From contig OY760937.1 of NCBI GenBank assembly GCA_963664225.1, positions 1,824,001-1,888,000 on the forward strand: DNA of 64,000 bases, written 5' to 3'. This DNA comes from Verrucomicrobiia bacterium (GTDB lineage Bacteria > Verrucomicrobiota > Verrucomicrobiia > Limisphaerales > UBA1319). Both the position numbers and the translations under genes were made by a program. Under the pieces are notes generated by a model that saw only the letters and a list, made by a program, of their open reading frames with translations, did not search any database and was not told the DNA's origin. This document shows, piece after piece, positions 60,820-64,000 of the stretch. Every line of letters begins with the position of its first letter. Within the stretch, counting starts at the first letter, position 1.

Positions 60820-61284
60820 CTATCCCACCAGCCCCAAGCTGCGCCACAACGGTTTGAGGTCCTCCTCATTAGCGGCCATCATGGTGAGCAATTCTTTGTT
60901 TCCGGTTTTGAGGGCCCTGGTCCACCACTGGGAGGACTCAGTGAACTGGCCCAACTGGCAGGCATAGCAGGCCAGGTGATAATATATGATGGCCAAGCTG
61001 GGAAAACGTTCCGCAGCAATCAGGAGTCGCGCGCGCGCTTCGGTGGTTCGATGCATTTTGTGCAGGCTCACCGATTGCCATATCCAGCCGGTGGCTTCAT
61101 CGGGATTTCGCTTCACAATTTGATTGGCCACATCCAGAGCGGATCGCCAGTCATGCCGCTCGGCCCCGCGCAACCAGCGTTTCTCAAGAACATCCAGACT
61201 CACAGCACGTTTTGACTGCACTGTGGCCTTTGGATGGACTAATTCTGTCACAGGGCTAGCGATCATAATATCTCCAACGCCCAT
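60820..61284 (-). CDS. TPR protein (TPR_END-like)
   Basis: IIYYHLACYACQLG..AL..L..M A..EEDLKPLW. Confidence 0.75.
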   Translation of the reverse strand: MGVGDIMIASPVTELVHPKATVQSKRAVSLDVLEKRWLRGAERHDWRSALDVANQIVKRNPDEATGWIWQSVSLHKMHRTTEARARLLIAAERFPSLAIIYYHLACYACQLGQFTESSQWWTRALKTGNKELLTMMAANEEDLKPLWRSLGLVG

Positions 61285-61792
61285 TGATTATTTCAGACCG
61301 CAACATAATTTGGCAAATTTTTCGGCACGCAGATGCGCATCATTCGCTGAATGTCATTGATTTGCATTAGCAAGCGGCGTTCCAACAATAGCTTCCTCAT
61401 TTATTCGCTCCAAAAAAACCAAAGTAAGTTCCGAAATTGACTCATTTGGAAACAGAACGACGGAAGGTGTTTTATTTATGGCCGGTTGAAATCCTGTGTT
61501 GAACACACATCAATGAGACATCCAATTCCTGTTTATGGACAGACCGGCCATTTTGATGACGCTTTGCGCGGTTGCACGGACGGAATCGGACCGGTCCGGT
61601 GGTTCCGTGTCAGGAGCACGCAAACTTTCCCCGTGTTTTCCAGGATGGTTCATCGAAAATCTTGCGGGGCAACACGGTTGAGAGTATGTTAACGCACATA
61701 CCATACTGGCGCGTAAATTAATTTATTATTATGGAAGAAGTGCGTACTGTTTGCGCTGGTTGGATTTAGGAAATTGCCGATCCCGGGTTGGA

Positions 61793-64000
61793 ATGGAAAC
61801 AACGAATCAAAAAAAGAAGGATGGAAGATCACCGTTAACTGCGGCGCCAGCACCAGCGGGGATACCGTTGCGCGTTTTGATCGTGGACGATAACGAGGCG
61901 GACGCACTGCTCTTATTGGATGAGATCCGGCATGCCGGTTATGCGCCGGTCCATGAGCGGGTGGACACGGCGCAGGCGATGGCCGAGGCGCTCGAGCGCC
62001 AGACCTGGGATGTGGTTCTCTCGGATCACAGCATGCCACAGTTCGATTCGACGGGCGCTCTGGCGCTGATTCATGAGAAGGGGCTGGATCTGCCATTCAT
62101 CGTCGCATCCGGTTCGATCGGCGAGGAGGCTGCCGTGGCGCTGATGAAGGCTGGCGCGCATGACTTCATTCTCAAAGGCCACTATGCCCGTCTGGCGCCA
62201 GCCATCGAACGGGAGCGCCGGGAGGCCCGGTTGCGGCAGGACCGCCAAAGGATGGAGCGGGAGCTCCAGCGCAGCGAACAGCGCCTTAAGCTCGCCATGA
62301 CCGCGGCGCGCCTGGATTTGTGGGAATGGGACGTTCGGAAGAATGCGGTGCACTGGCACGGGAGCTCTTTCAACAACTGGAGCCGGAAGGATCGCGATTT
62401 TGAGGGAACCATCGACGACATGCTCGACAAGATACATTCCGAAGACCGCGGGCAGGTGCGCGAGGCGCTCATGACGGCTCTGGATGATTCCAGCGAAAGC
62501 GGCTATTTCGACACCGACATGCGCGTCCTCTCCCCCGGGGGGCGGATACGCTGGGTGCATACCAAAAACAAAGTGCTGCGGGGACCGGAAGGGCACGCCG
62601 AGCGGATTGTGGGCATCGGCATGGACATCACGGAACGCAAGCAGGCCGACCAGGCTCTGCGAGCCTCCGAGGAACGTTTTGAAAAAGTCTTTCAACACAG
62701 CCCCGTGCTCATCCTGATCAGCACCCTGCCCGAGGGACGCATTGTGGATGTGAACGAGGCGTTTGCCCACAACCTGGGCTATGACCGCGAGGAACTGCTG
62801 GGGCGGCTGGAGGAGGAATTGGGCATTTGGGAGGACACCGGCGCGCGCATGGACATCCTTTGCCGTCTCCGGGAGGAAAACCATGTTAACAACCTCGAAG
62901 CAAATCTTCTGCGCAAATCCGGATCGTCCCTGGCGGGCTTGTGCTCCGGCACGACCATCGAAGTGGACGGGAAACCGTGCCTGCTGCTGAGCGTGACGGA
63001 CATTTCCGAGCGCAAATGGGCGGAGGAAGCCCTGCGCGAAAGCGAACAGCGATTCCGCATGCTCGCCACTAATTCGCCCGACGCCATCTTCATGCAGGAC
63101 CGGGACCTGCGCTACATTTGTGTCCTCAACGCGCCCTCCAACCTCATCACCGCCGAGGAAATGCTAGGCCGGACGGATATTGATCTTTTCGGCGCGCAAC
63201 CGGGCGAGGAAATACAGCGCGCCAAACTCGAAGTGATGCGAACAGGCCAACCCGCGAGAACGGAGCGTGTATTGACCTGGCGGGGCAACCAGCACATCTT
63301 CGAATGCAGTTACGAACCACGATTTGGAGCGGGCAATCAGACGATTGGCGTGACCGTGTATGCCCGGGAAATCACGGAGCGCAAAAATGCCGAAGCACAG
63401 CTTTCCTTATACCGGGATCGTCTCGAGGATCTCGTCGCCGAGCGGACCTCCGAACTGACGGCGGCCAACACCCGGCTGCAATCCGAAATCGAGGCCAACC
63501 AACGCGCGCAACTGGCCCTGCGCAAAAGCGAGGCCCTCTACCGCAGGCTCGTGGAAACCTCGCCCGACGCCATCACCCTCATCGATCCCTCGGCAAAAAT
63601 CCTGATGGTCAATTCCAAGGCGCTATCCCTCAACGGATGCGAGTTTCAGGAGGAACTGCTGGGTCGCAGCCTGTTCGATCACATCGCCGCCGTGGATCGC
63701 GCCCGCGCGGCCGAAGCCTTGAAGACAGTATTCAAAGCCGGGTTCGTTGAGCATGAAATCACGGCTCTGAAAAAGGACGGCACGCCCTTTCCAGTCGAAA
63801 TCCGGGCGACGGCCCTCTCTGGAGAAAACAACTCCCCATCCGGTGTCCTGATCGTCATGCGCAACATCACGGAGCGCAAACGGCTTGAGATGGTGGGACG
63901 CCTCTCCAGCGGTCTGGCGCTCAACATCAACAACGTGCTTTCGCCGATTCTGCTGGGCGTGCCAATGCTTCGGGACAAGACTGTTGACGCCAACAGCCAT
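61793..64000 (+). CDS. REC-multi-PAS hybrid sensor histidine kinase-like protein, runs off the window (absent from the ORF track)
   Basis: ATG 61793 METTNQ..LRVLIVDD..DVVLSDHSMP..AGAHDFILK; several PAS/PAC units ending DITERK/DISERK/EITERK/NITERK; degenerate H-box at the window end in the same frame. Confidence 0.88.
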   Translation, partial: METTNQKKKDGRSPLTAAPAPAGIPLRVLIVDDNEADALLLLDEIRHAGYAPVHERVDTAQAMAEALERQTWDVVLSDHSMPQFDSTGALALIHEKGLDLPFIVASGSIGEEAAVALMKAGAHDFILKGHYARLAPAIERERREARLRQDRQRMERELQRSEQRLKLAMTAARLDLWEWDVRKNAVHWHGSSFNNWSRKDRDFEGTIDDMLDKIHSEDRGQVREALMTALDDSSESGYFDTDMRVLSPGGRIRWVHTKNKVLRGPEGHAERIVGIGMDITERKQADQALRASEERFEKVFQHSPVLILISTLPEGRIVDVNEAFAHNLGYDREELLGRLEEELGIWEDTGARMDILCRLREENHVNNLEANLLRKSGSSLAGLCSGTTIEVDGKPCLLLSVTDISERKWAEEALRESEQRFRMLATNSPDAIFMQDRDLRYICVLNAPSNLITAEEMLGRTDIDLFGAQPGEEIQRAKLEVMRTGQPARTERVLTWRGNQHIFECSYEPRFGAGNQTIGVTVYAREITERKNAEAQLSLYRDRLEDLVAERTSELTAANTRLQSEIEANQRAQLALRKSEALYRRLVETSPDAITLIDPSAKILMVNSKALSLNGCEFQEELLGRSLFDHIAAVDRARAAEALKTVFKAGFVEHEITALKKDGTPFPVEIRATALSGENNSPSGVLIVMRNITERKRLEMVGRLSSGLALNINNVLSPILLGVPMLRDKTVDANSH

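Noticed and set aside
61285..61792. AT-rich 500-bp intergenic region as a possible ncRNA or riboswitch
   Set aside because: No recognisable RNA motif; consistent with divergent promoters

Overview
GC-rich bacterial chromosomal window, most consistent with Verrucomicrobiota (Pedosphaerales/Limisphaerales-like). This is inferred from the prepilin H-X9-DG protein, SBBP, FG-GAP and PQQ-like secreted proteins and the REP-like hairpins. It holds housekeeping and envelope genes (gltX, ftsK, rodZ-like, recD2, hldD/rfaD, WecA-like, O-antigen ligase-like, amidase, AsmA, DegT, hcp), many large secreted proteins, and a complete 2557-bp IS66 with an 8-bp target duplication that splits an OFA-family MFS gene. 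It also holds a low-GC two-gene unit (NHL-like propeller plus a modular NlpC/P60 protein), a five-gene LpoB/YcfL lipoprotein operon, orphan antitoxin-like genes, and the 5' part of a REC-PAS sensor kinase whose H-box His is replaced by Leu. The strongest novelty leads are a Thr-Asn dipeptide enrichment in exported proteins (possible modification sequon) and a shared ~70-100 aa 'S(T/P)(N/D)(L/M)xxW...(F/Y)FRV' domain on a gingipain-like protease and an Ig-like protein (possible sorting signal). I saw no tRNA, rRNA or CRISPR array. All family calls come from reading motifs by eye; no database search was run.
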